A stretch of DNA of 64,000 bases, taken from the NCBI GenBank assembly GCA_028711115.1, contig JAQTSV010000001.1, positions 966,032 to 1,030,031 on the forward strand, in the 5' to 3' direction. Made by a program: the position numbers and the translations under genes. The notes under the pieces are model-generated. The model was not told the origin of the DNA, did not search any database, and worked only from the letters and a program-made list of their open reading frames with translations. Positions 1-8,385 of the stretch are shown here, one piece after another; the stretch's first letter is position 1; each line of letters begins with the position of its first letter. The stretch comes from Candidatus Omnitrophota bacterium (lineage in GTDB: Bacteria > Omnitrophota > Gorgyraeia > Velamenicoccales > JABMQK01).

Positions 1-900
1 AGCGTATGTGGCAATACCTTGGGCTGCCCATGCTGATACCTTTGAGTTATTAAGAGTACTATTGGCACCATCATTATAGGTACCAAACTGATAAGCTGTT
101 TCTCCCTGAAGATTTAACCTGGGAGTAGGAGTTACTTCTCCTCTTACACCAACAGTGTGGATTCTGGTTGCTTTCTTGTTTATATTAGCACCGGTAGGAG
201 AAATAGCTGCGTTTGTATCACGTACGCTGTTATCAATTTTACCAAAATAATACGTTTCACCTATTGTCTTCCACTTTCCGCCAAAATCATAGCGTGCATT
301 AATACCAAAAAGATCGATGTCGTCTTTTTCAGGATTTGTATTAGTACCTAAAACTGTATTTTCATCGATCTTTGCCCAGAATAAATCAAGAACGAGCGGA
401 TCATAATTTAAGGTACCTCTAACTGCATCAAATGCCTTCTTTGATGAAAGATCAAAATCAGTCAGAGTGGTTCCGGCTGCGTTATTATTGGCATCCGGGT
501 CGCCAACAATAAAATCATTACCAAAATGCAATTCCTGTCTACCTAAAGTCAAAGTCAAAGGAGAATAAAGGAATTCCTTTAAAGTAATGCTTGCCAAATC
601 AACTACTATTTCACTAGTGGATGCTGCTTCCGCATCCCAATCTCTTTCATTAATTAACCTGAGTGTTGCGCCTACATTTTCCGTCAAGTCAGCGTCAATT
701 CTTAAGCGAGCTATAGTTGCGGCGTGAGATTCTGTATCATCAGCTTTTATTGTCGTATCTCCCATATTAAAACCATCTCTGCTGATGCCATACATCGTGA
801 TATCTCCGCTAACCTTGATATTCTGGACTTCTGCATATGCCGGTATGACCAAACCCAATACCAGCGCAAAGACCAGTAACAACATTAAGCGTTTACCCAT
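1..900 (-). CDS. Porin-like outer-membrane beta-barrel protein, N-terminal 300 codons (3' end lies beyond the left window edge)
   Basis: Absent from the ORF track because it runs off the edge. Hand translation from ATG at 900..898 gives MGKRLMLLLVFALVLGLVIPAYA|EVQNIKVSGDITMYGISRDGFNMGD...LTLGRQELHFGNDFIVGD...LVLDLFWAKIDE. This is a signal peptide with an AxA site followed by amphipathic strand-like segments. Frame checked open from 900 down to ~300. AAGGAGGG SD sits just upstream of the ATG. Confidence 0.55.
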   Translation of the reverse strand, partial: MGKRLMLLLVFALVLGLVIPAYAEVQNIKVSGDITMYGISRDGFNMGDTTIKADDTESHAATIARLRIDADLTENVGATLRLINERDWDAEAASTSEIVVDLASITLKEFLYSPLTLTLGRQELHFGNDFIVGDPDANNNAAGTTLTDFDLSSKKAFDAVRGTLNYDPLVLDLFWAKIDENTVLGTNTNPEKDDIDLFGINARYDFGGKWKTIGETYYFGKIDNSVRDTNAAISPTGANINKKATRIHTVGVRGEVTPTPRLNLQGETAYQFGTYNDGANSTLNNSKVSAWAAQGIATYA

Positions 901-1099
901 TTAACCCTCCTTTTAAGTTGCTTGTTTTTTTCTTTTTATTCTTAACTAGGTTATCATTCCTAGCAGCGCGTAATAATCTATTTTTATGACTGTGTTATAT
1001 CCGCCATTTTTCCAACAACTTCCGGCTTCTATTTTCTCACCTTCCTTTCATACCTTGCTTTGAAGCTGCCTATGACGGTATAGCAATTACTTTTCCTTA

Positions 1100-1128
1100 T
1101 AATTATCATAGCCGCAACGAGTTGTCAA
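1100..1128 (-). promoter_or_regulatory. Putative sigma70-type promoter for the porin gene (TTGACA-17-TAATTA)
   Basis: Minus strand reads cTTGACAactcgttgcggctatgaTAATTAtaagg. -35 = 1128..1123, -10 = 1105..1100. This implies a ~195-nt leader. Confidence 0.35.
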
Positions 1129-1218
1129 GTATTTTTTATATTTTCTTGCAAGCTGCGTTGTTAGGAAAATTTTACTAACAATCCTTATATAATTCCTAAT
1201 ATATGTTTTGCTGTAGTT

Positions 1219-1863
1219 TTATGTAACTTTACCTATGAACTTAGCTGTATCCTCAAGTATCTTCTCGAGATACAGCTTATTAATGCCTAGTTTTAGGGTG
1301 TATTTTTCTTTTTGGGAAAACCTTATAATATCACAGGGAGAATGACTATCAGAATTAACCACTAATTTAGCATTAAGCTTTTTGGCCAGTCTTATAACGT
1401 GTTTGTTGGTATTGCGGTGACTTTTTCGCGTGGTAATTTCCAAAAACACTCCTCTGCGTTTTGCCAGCTTAACATCCTCAATATCTATCAGCCCCGGATG
1501 GGCTAAAATATCAATATCCGAACTTAGCGCCTTTTTATTTGTACCTTTGATAACCGGTTCTGAGATTGTCTCTCCATGCGCCACAATAACTTTAATACCA
1601 TTCTTTCTGGCGTATTTGATTAAAGGATTGAATTGCTCCAAAGGAATGTGAGTGAGTTCAATACCGGGAATAACCTTGATTCTGTTCTTGGGCCATTTCC
1701 TGCAGAATTCCACAATGGCAGGAACCACCATTTTAATATTGGATAAATCCACGTGGTCAGTAATGGCGATGGCTTTATAGCCAAGTTTCTCATATCTTCT
1801 GGCTACTTCTGACGGCAGCAAATCTCCGTCGCTGAGTAAAGAATGGGTATGCAGATCAAACAT
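1219..1863 (-). CDS. PHP-domain metal-dependent phosphoesterase (histidinol-phosphatase family)
   Basis: MFDLHTHSLLSDG (HxH), AITDHVD, VAHGE, LAHPG and NSDSH motifs are typical of the PHP fold. Confidence 0.8.
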   Translation of the reverse strand: MFDLHTHSLLSDGDLLPSEVARRYEKLGYKAIAITDHVDLSNIKMVVPAIVEFCRKWPKNRIKVIPGIELTHIPLEQFNPLIKYARKNGIKVIVAHGETISEPVIKGTNKKALSSDIDILAHPGLIDIEDVKLAKRRGVFLEITTRKSHRNTNKHVIRLAKKLNAKLVVNSDSHSPCDIIRFSQKEKYTLKLGINKLYLEKILEDTAKFIGKVT

Positions 1864-1879
1864 AATATAGTAGTTTTTA

Positions 1880-1933
1880 CCCCATACTCACGTATGGGGA
1901 ATTTTCGGATATTCCCCACGCGTGAGCGTGGGG
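1880..1933. repeat. Paired-hairpin intergenic element, copy 1 (two 8-bp GC-clamped stems with tetraloops)
   Basis: Plus strand: CCCCATAC-tcac-GTATGGGG (1880..1899), a 14-nt spacer aattttcggatatt, then CCCCACGC-gtga-GCGTGGGG (1914..1933). Same architecture as 9786..9842. Confidence 0.7.
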
Positions 1934-1947
1934 TTGACTCTCAAAAA

Positions 1948-2021
1948 TGCCCCAAGCAGGAATTGAACCTGCGACACCAGGTTTAGGAAACCTGTGCTCT
2001 ATCCGACTGAGCTACTGGGGC
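1948..2021 (-). tRNA. tRNA-Arg (anticodon CCT)
   Basis: Minus strand GCCCCAG-TA-GCTC-AGTCGGATA-GAGC-A-CAGGT-TTCCTAA-ACCTG-GTGTC-GCAGG-TTCAATT-CCTGC-TTGGGGC-A. All four stems pair in a cloverleaf, 74 nt, with no encoded CCA. Confidence 0.9.
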
Positions 2022-2025
2022 AAAA

Positions 2026-2553
2026 TCATTCCCCTTTAAATTTTATCAAAGAATGCAGAGGGTAATCTTTTAATTTTTCTTTACCTTTTAAATCCACCAA
2101 TTCTATCAAGAATAAAATGCCTACGATTTTTGCTTTTAACCTGTTCATCATTTCCACCACCGCTCCTACCGTGCCTCCGGTGGCCAGCAGGTCATCCACA
2201 ATCAAAACCCTCATGCCTTTTTTTATGGCATCGGTATGAACCTCTAAAGTGTCTGTGCCGTATTCCAAATCATAGCTAACCTGATGTGTTTTATAAGGCA
2301 GTTTGCCTTTTTTTCTTACGGGGACAAAACCCACGCCTAATTTATAAGCCAGCGCTCCGCCGAAGATAAATCCTCTTGCCTCCACTGCTGCCACCATATC
2401 AATTTTTTTACCTTTATAGATAGCTGCCATCTTGTCAATGGCCTGGCGGAAGGCTTTTTTATGCTTGATAAGCGTGGTAACGTCCCTGAATAAAATCCCT
2501 TTTTTGGGAAAATCCGGGATATTCCTGATATATCTGCTTAGCGGCTGAGCCAT
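2026..2553 (-). CDS. apt: Adenine phosphoribosyltransferase
   Basis: 175 aa. IRNIPDFPKKGILFRDVTTL N-terminus and VLIVDDLLATGGT PRPP-binding motif. GGGAGA SD. Confidence 0.9.
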   Translation of the reverse strand: MAQPLSRYIRNIPDFPKKGILFRDVTTLIKHKKAFRQAIDKMAAIYKGKKIDMVAAVEARGFIFGGALAYKLGVGFVPVRKKGKLPYKTHQVSYDLEYGTDTLEVHTDAIKKGMRVLIVDDLLATGGTVGAVVEMMNRLKAKIVGILFLIELVDLKGKEKLKDYPLHSLIKFKGE

Positions 2554-2568
2554 GACTTTCTCCCTGTC

Positions 2569-3387
2569 TTACAGCTTTTCCTTTTTTTGCTTTGATGCGA
2601 AAATACGCACTTTCTTAATCGCGCTTTCTTCGATCTGCCTTATCCTTTCACGGGAAACGCCTAATTTCTTAGCTACTTCCGAAAGCGTATGCGTTACACC
2701 GTCAGTAAGCCCAAAACGCAAATCCAGAACTTCTTTTTCTCTTGCATTGGGTATTTCCAAAAGAGATTCCACTCTTTCTTTATTAAAAAAAGAATCCAGT
2801 TCTTCTTTGGTACTGGTAGAACTCTGGTCTGCAACCAAATCCACTATGCTGCCTTCTCCGTCTTCGCTGATAGGTGCATCCAAAGAAGACGACGAAGTCA
2901 TCATGCGGCTATAAATCTTCTCTACTTTTTCTTCGGATATTTTCATGGTCCTGGCTAATTCCTTGATTGTAGGCAGCCTCTTATATTTCTGCGTAAGTTT
3001 CTCATTTGCCTTTCTCCATTTGGATACCAATTCGCTTACATATACAGGTAAACGCACAGTGCGGGATTGATCGAATATGGCGCGCGTTACGCTCTGTTTT
3101 ATCCACCAGGCAGCATAGGTAGAAAACCTGAATCCTCTGCGAGGATTGAATTTCTCCACAGCCTTCATAAGGCCGATATTCCCTTCCTCGATAAGATCCA
3201 AAAGCGGCATGCCTAAATGCATATACTTCTTGGCTATGCTGATGACTAAGCGTAAATTGGAGCGGATTAATCTGTCCTTGGCGTCTAAATCGCCTTTTCT
3301 GAACCGCTTGGCCAGATCGACTTCCTCTTCCGCGCTGAGAAGCGGCATCTTTCTTACATCTTTAATATATGCCCTGATTGGATCCAT
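2569..3387 (-). CDS. RNA polymerase sigma-70 family factor (short RpoD/RpoS-like, regions 2-4)
   Basis: 272 aa. Region 2 (LIRSNLRLVISIAKKY, DLIEEGNIGLMKAVEKF, FSTYAAWWIKQ) and region 4 HTH (TLSEVAKKLGVSRERIRQIE). Confidence 0.85.
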   Translation of the reverse strand: MDPIRAYIKDVRKMPLLSAEEEVDLAKRFRKGDLDAKDRLIRSNLRLVISIAKKYMHLGMPLLDLIEEGNIGLMKAVEKFNPRRGFRFSTYAAWWIKQSVTRAIFDQSRTVRLPVYVSELVSKWRKANEKLTQKYKRLPTIKELARTMKISEEKVEKIYSRMMTSSSSLDAPISEDGEGSIVDLVADQSSTSTKEELDSFFNKERVESLLEIPNAREKEVLDLRFGLTDGVTHTLSEVAKKLGVSRERIRQIEESAIKKVRIFASKQKKEKL

Positions 3388-3392
3388 TTACC

Positions 3393-6149
3393 CTACTTTT
3401 TGCCTTTTACTTTTTTAGATTTGCCTTCTTTAATCACAGCCTGAGCTGCTGCCAATCTGGCAATAGGAACTCTAAAGGGAGAACAGCTTACGTAATTCAT
3501 CCCTACTCTGTGGCAAAATTCCACTGATGCCGGTTCGCCGCCGTGTTCGCCGCAGATACCGACTTTTAATCCTTTGCGGGCTTTTCTGCCACGCGTAATT
3601 CCTATCTGCATCAATTCGCCCACACCCGCCTGATCAATTGTCTGAAACGGATCTACCGGAAGTATTCCTTTATTTAAATAATCCGGCAAAAATCCACCGA
3701 TATCGTCGCGCGAAAAACCGAATGTCATCTGCGTCAAATCATTGGTTCCGAACGAGAAGAATTCGGCGACTTCGGCGATTTTATCCGCAACCAAAGCCGC
3801 GCGGGGAATTTCAATCATCGTTCCTGTCAAATAGGAAATTTTCTTCAGGTTATATTTTGCCAAAACTTCCTTTTCAACTTTCTTGACTATGGCAAACTGG
3901 TTTTCCAGTTCTTTCACGTCGCAAACAACGGGAATCATTATCTCGGGAGAAACCTTTTTGCCTTCTTTGATTAATTCTGCCGCTGATTCAAGGATTGCGC
4001 GCACCTGCATCTCGGTTACTTCAGGATAAGTCACTCCCAACCTTACGCCGCGATGGCCCATCATAGGGTTACTTTCGTGCAGAAGCGCCGCTCTTTTATC
4101 CAAATCCTGACGGCTGATATTCAAACTCTTGGAAAGATTTTCCAATTGTTCTTCCTGTTTGGGCACAAATTCATGCAATGGCGGGTCAAGCAACCTGATT
4201 GTCACAGGCAAACTCTCCATCGCCTCTAATGTACCTTTGATATCGCTTTTAACAAAAGGAAACAATTCTTGCAAAGCAGCCTTGCGTTCTTTTTCACTAT
4301 TGGAAACAATCATTTTTCTTAATTTAAACAAAGGCTCTTCGGAATGTTCTCCGTAAAACATATGTTCTGTCCTGAATAATCCGATGCCTTCTGCGCCAAA
4401 TGAACGCGCGCGTCGAGCATCTTCCGGTGTATCTGCGTTGGTGCGGATATTTAACCTGCGCACAGAATCACAAAGCTTCAGAAAATCATTAAAAACTTTG
4501 TTTTCTGTACCGACATCCATCATAGCAAGTTTTCCTTCGTAAACATTGCCCTTGGTGCCATTTAAAGTAATCCAATCGCCTTCTTTTAATTTCTTTTCGC
4601 CGATGACTGCTGTCTTTGATTGGTAATCAATATGCAAAGCGCCGCAACCAACGATACAGCATTTTCCCCAGCCGCGCGCAACCAGTGCCGCGTGGGAAGT
4701 CATGCCGCCTCTGGCAGTCAAAATTGCCTCTGCTGCGCGCATTCCTTCTACGTCTTCCGGGCTGGTTTCTTCGCGGACTAAAATTACCTTCTTGCCTTTA
4801 TCTTTCCACTCCACAGCGTCGTCAGCGTTAAAAACTATCATTCCCGCTGCGCCTCCAGGGCCTGCGGGCAAACCTTTTGCCAAAGGCTTATGGTCTTTTT
4901 CTGCTTTGGGATCAATTATAGGATGCAAAAGCTCATCTATCTGAGCAGGTGTAACCCTGCTTATTGCCTCTTCTTTACTGATAAGTTTCTCTTTGTACAT
5001 ATCCACAGCCATTCTTACGGCTGCCGGGCCGTTACGTTTTCCTATGCGGCACTGCAGCATAAATAATCTTCCGCTTTCAATTGTAAATTCAATATCCTGC
5101 ATATCGTGATAATGTTCTTCGAGCCTGTTCTGGATATCGAAAAGTTCTTTGTAAATCTTAGGCATTGTCTCTTCCAGGGTTTTTAATTCTTTATTGTGTT
5201 CACTTCTGGAATATGAATTAATCGGAGCTGGCGTGCGGATGCCGGCAACAACGTCTTCGCCTTGCGCGTTGACAAGGTATTCGCCGTAGAATTCATTCTC
5301 GCCGTTTCCGGGGTTGCGCGTAAAAGCAACTCCTGTGGCAGAACTATTTCCCATATTTCCGAAAACCATGGTCTGCACGGTTACAGCCGTTCCCCACTCG
5401 TCGGGAATATTTTCAATGCGGCGGTAAGATATGGCGCGTTTACCGTTCCAGGACTGAAATACCGCGGCAACGCCACCCCAGAGCTGCTCGTATGCGTCGT
5501 CGGGAAAATCTTTTCTCAAAACTTCTTTTATCTTTTGTTTGAACCTGTCGCACAAATCTTTCAAATCCGCGGCGCTTAAATCAGTATCTAGCTTTACACC
5601 TTTTTTATTTTTGACTTCAGCCATTATGCGCTCTAATTGTTTCCTTATTCCCATCTCGTCGCTTTCCGGCTCGATTCCTGCGGCCTTTTCCATAACCACG
5701 TCGGAATACATCATAATCAACCGGCGGTACGCGTCATATACAAAGCGCTCGTTTTTGGTTTTATTGATCAAACCAGGGATTGTCTTTTGTGTCAGCCCCA
5801 CATTTAAAACTGTTTCCATCATTCCCGGCATTGACTTTCTTGCGCCGGAACGCACGGAAACCAATAACGGATCTTTTGTGTCGCCAAAATTCTTTCCCAT
5901 TATTTTTTCTACTTTTGCCAAAGCCTTTACCACTTCATCATTCAGGCTCTTGGGAAATTTCTTATTATTCTTATAGTAATAAGTACAGACTTCGGTAGTG
6001 ATTGTAAAACCCGGCGGTACAGGAAGCCTTAAATCTTTATTTCCGGCCATCTCTGCGAGGTTTGCGCCTTTACCTCCCAACAGGTTCTTCATTGAACCAT
6101 CGCCATCTGCCTTGCCAGCGCCAAAGAAGTAAACATTCTTGTTTGCCAT
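3393..6149 (-). CDS. ppdK: Pyruvate, phosphate dikinase
   Basis: 918 aa. MANKNVYFFG..GKGANLAEM N-terminus, phospho-His segment GGMTSHAALVARGWGK, C-terminal PEP-utilising TIM domain (GICGEHGG). Confidence 0.95.
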   Translation of the reverse strand: MANKNVYFFGAGKADGDGSMKNLLGGKGANLAEMAGNKDLRLPVPPGFTITTEVCTYYYKNNKKFPKSLNDEVVKALAKVEKIMGKNFGDTKDPLLVSVRSGARKSMPGMMETVLNVGLTQKTIPGLINKTKNERFVYDAYRRLIMMYSDVVMEKAAGIEPESDEMGIRKQLERIMAEVKNKKGVKLDTDLSAADLKDLCDRFKQKIKEVLRKDFPDDAYEQLWGGVAAVFQSWNGKRAISYRRIENIPDEWGTAVTVQTMVFGNMGNSSATGVAFTRNPGNGENEFYGEYLVNAQGEDVVAGIRTPAPINSYSRSEHNKELKTLEETMPKIYKELFDIQNRLEEHYHDMQDIEFTIESGRLFMLQCRIGKRNGPAAVRMAVDMYKEKLISKEEAISRVTPAQIDELLHPIIDPKAEKDHKPLAKGLPAGPGGAAGMIVFNADDAVEWKDKGKKVILVREETSPEDVEGMRAAEAILTARGGMTSHAALVARGWGKCCIVGCGALHIDYQSKTAVIGEKKLKEGDWITLNGTKGNVYEGKLAMMDVGTENKVFNDFLKLCDSVRRLNIRTNADTPEDARRARSFGAEGIGLFRTEHMFYGEHSEEPLFKLRKMIVSNSEKERKAALQELFPFVKSDIKGTLEAMESLPVTIRLLDPPLHEFVPKQEEQLENLSKSLNISRQDLDKRAALLHESNPMMGHRGVRLGVTYPEVTEMQVRAILESAAELIKEGKKVSPEIMIPVVCDVKELENQFAIVKKVEKEVLAKYNLKKISYLTGTMIEIPRAALVADKIAEVAEFFSFGTNDLTQMTFGFSRDDIGGFLPDYLNKGILPVDPFQTIDQAGVGELMQIGITRGRKARKGLKVGICGEHGGEPASVEFCHRVGMNYVSCSPFRVPIARLAAAQAVIKEGKSKKVKGKK

Positions 6150-6172
6150 TGCTACAAAACTCCTCTCTACTG

Positions 6173-7474
6173 TTACAGTTTGTTATGAAAATATTCTTCT
6201 AATTTCTCTATATCAATTCTTTCCTGCTGCATTGTGTCGCGGTCGCGCACTGTGACTTTTTTATCTTCCAATGATTGCACGTCAACCGTAATGCAAAATA
6301 ATGTCCCGACCTCATCCTGCCTGCGGTACAATTTTCCGATTGCCGCAGTATCATCATAAACACAGACGAATTTCTTTTTCAGACTTGAAGCGATATTCTT
6401 AGCGGTCTCAACCAACTGCGGCCTGTTTTTTAAAAGCGGAAAAACAGCGATTTTGGTGGGCGCCAGGTCTTTATGAAGTTTCAAAGATACGCGCGTCTCG
6501 CCTTTTACTTCTTCTTCGTTGTAAGAATCAACCAGAAACGCCAAAGTCGCCCTGTCCACTCCGCCTGACGGCTCAATTATATAAGGAAAATATTTTTCGT
6601 TTGTTTTATCGTCGAAATATTTCAATTCTTTTCCGCTGAATTGCGAATGCTGTTTCAAATCAAAATCCGAGCGATTGGCAATTCCTTCCAACTCCGACCA
6701 TCCGAAGGGAAAATTATATTCAATATCCGAACAGGATTTCGCATAATGCGCCAGTTCGTCTTTTTTGTGTTCCCTCTTTCTTAAATTTTCTTTTTTAATT
6801 CCTAAATTAAGATACCAGTCAAATCTTTCTTCAACCCAGGATTTATAATATTTGTCCGCGTCATTGGGATTTACGAAATATTCTATTTCCATTTGTTCGA
6901 ATTCACGCGTGCGGAAAGTGAAATTTCCCGGAGTGATTTCATTACGGAAAGATTTGCCGATTTGGGCAACGCCAAAAGGAAGTTTTTTGCGGGACGAATC
7001 TAAAATATTTGAGAAATTTACGAAAATTCCCTGCGCTGTTTCCGGGCGAAGATAAACAACAGCCGCGGTTTCTTTTACCGGGCCGTGATATGTTTCAAAC
7101 ATCAGATTAAACGGCCGCGCCTCTGTCAATTCGCCGCCGCACTCTTTGCATTTCTTCTTGTCGGATAAATCTTCGGCCTTAAATCTCTTTTTACACTTTT
7201 TGCAATCAACCATTAAATCCGCAAAACTTGTTAAATGCCCTGAGGCTTCCCAAGTCTTTGGATGCATTAAAATCGCAGCGTCTAAACCCACCATATCATC
7301 GCGGCTATAGACTACGGATTTCCACCAGGCTTCTTTTACATTGCGCTTTAATTCCACACCCAGCGGGCCGTAATCCCAAACACTGCCCAGGCCGCCGTAT
7401 ATTTCTGATGACTGGAAAATCAATCCGCGGCGCTTGCAAAGCGAAACTATTTTGTCCATTAAGTCATTTGCCAT
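6173..7474 (-). CDS. glyQS: Glycine--tRNA ligase (homodimeric alpha2 type)
   Basis: 433 aa. IFQSSEIYGGLGSVWDYGPLG, FRNEITPGNFTFRTREFEQMEIEYF, and a C-terminal anticodon-binding domain. Confidence 0.9.
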   Translation of the reverse strand: MANDLMDKIVSLCKRRGLIFQSSEIYGGLGSVWDYGPLGVELKRNVKEAWWKSVVYSRDDMVGLDAAILMHPKTWEASGHLTSFADLMVDCKKCKKRFKAEDLSDKKKCKECGGELTEARPFNLMFETYHGPVKETAAVVYLRPETAQGIFVNFSNILDSSRKKLPFGVAQIGKSFRNEITPGNFTFRTREFEQMEIEYFVNPNDADKYYKSWVEERFDWYLNLGIKKENLRKREHKKDELAHYAKSCSDIEYNFPFGWSELEGIANRSDFDLKQHSQFSGKELKYFDDKTNEKYFPYIIEPSGGVDRATLAFLVDSYNEEEVKGETRVSLKLHKDLAPTKIAVFPLLKNRPQLVETAKNIASSLKKKFVCVYDDTAAIGKLYRRQDEVGTLFCITVDVQSLEDKKVTVRDRDTMQQERIDIEKLEEYFHNKL

Positions 7475-7519
7475 AATTCCTCTTTTTTAACCTAAAATTT
7501 AGCGTATGTCAAGGTAAAT

Positions 7520-8353
7520 TCAAAGCTTTTTCAGTTCGTCTTCCTTTATGGTGAAACTGTGGTCCTTGTCAGGAAATTTTCCTTCCTTTACTTCTCGCTT
7601 AAATTCCTCTACCGCCTTCTGAATTTGCGGGCCCAGATTAATATATTGTTTCACGAATTTAGGTTTGTAGCGCTCAAAAAGCCCCAGCATATCGTGCGCC
7701 ACCAAAACCTGGCCGTCGCAATAAACTCCGGCGCCGATTCCGATTGTGGGAATCTTTAATTCTTTGGTGATTATTTGGGCAATCTTATCGGGAATACATT
7801 CCAGCACAATGCCGAAACAGCCGAGTTTTTCCAAAGCCTTTGCCTGCTCAATCAATTTATTCGCAGCTTCGGCGTCTTTTCCCTGGACTTTAAATCCGCC
7901 TAATTTATCTGCTGTCTGCGGCGTAAGGCCGATGTGGCCCATTACGGCGATTCCGGATTTTATAATCTCTTCTGTTACTTCCAAACATTTATCAAACCAT
8001 TCCAGTTTTACGGCGTCGCACTTTGCTTCATCGATAAACCTTCTGGCATTTTTTACGGATTCTTTGGTGTTAATCTGATACGACTCAAACGGCATATCGC
8101 CTATTACCAAAGCCCTTTTTACGGCTCTGGTAACTGCTTTGGAGTGATGAATCATCTCACTCATTCCGACTTCCGGAGTGCTGCCCAAGCCCAAAACAAC
8201 ATTGGCCACGGAATCGCCGACAAGAATTATTTCTATTCCTGCTTTATCAACATAATTCGCCAGGGGAAAATCATACGCCGTAAGCATGGTGATTTTCTCG
8301 CCGCGTTTTTTCATTTCCAAAATATCCCTGACTGTGATTTTCTTATCTTCCAT
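7520..8353 (-). CDS. panB: 3-methyl-2-oxobutanoate hydroxymethyltransferase
   Basis: 277 aa. ITMLTAYD, ILVGDS, VIGDMPF, GHIGLTPQ motifs. Confidence 0.9.
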   Translation of the reverse strand: MEDKKITVRDILEMKKRGEKITMLTAYDFPLANYVDKAGIEIILVGDSVANVVLGLGSTPEVGMSEMIHHSKAVTRAVKRALVIGDMPFESYQINTKESVKNARRFIDEAKCDAVKLEWFDKCLEVTEEIIKSGIAVMGHIGLTPQTADKLGGFKVQGKDAEAANKLIEQAKALEKLGCFGIVLECIPDKIAQIITKELKIPTIGIGAGVYCDGQVLVAHDMLGLFERYKPKFVKQYINLGPQIQKAVEEFKREVKEGKFPDKDHSFTIKEDELKKL

Positions 8354-8385
8354 TTATCGCTCCTAAAGGCAAACGCCTTTCAGAT

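Noticed and set aside
8354-8385. Small hairpin AAAGGC-aaac-GCCTTT between the GltD-like gene and panB. A similar ATCCGC...GCGGAT hairpin occurs at about 38847..38870.
   Set aside because: These are 6-bp stems without a U tract and with no second copy. They are too weak to call as terminators or regulatory elements.
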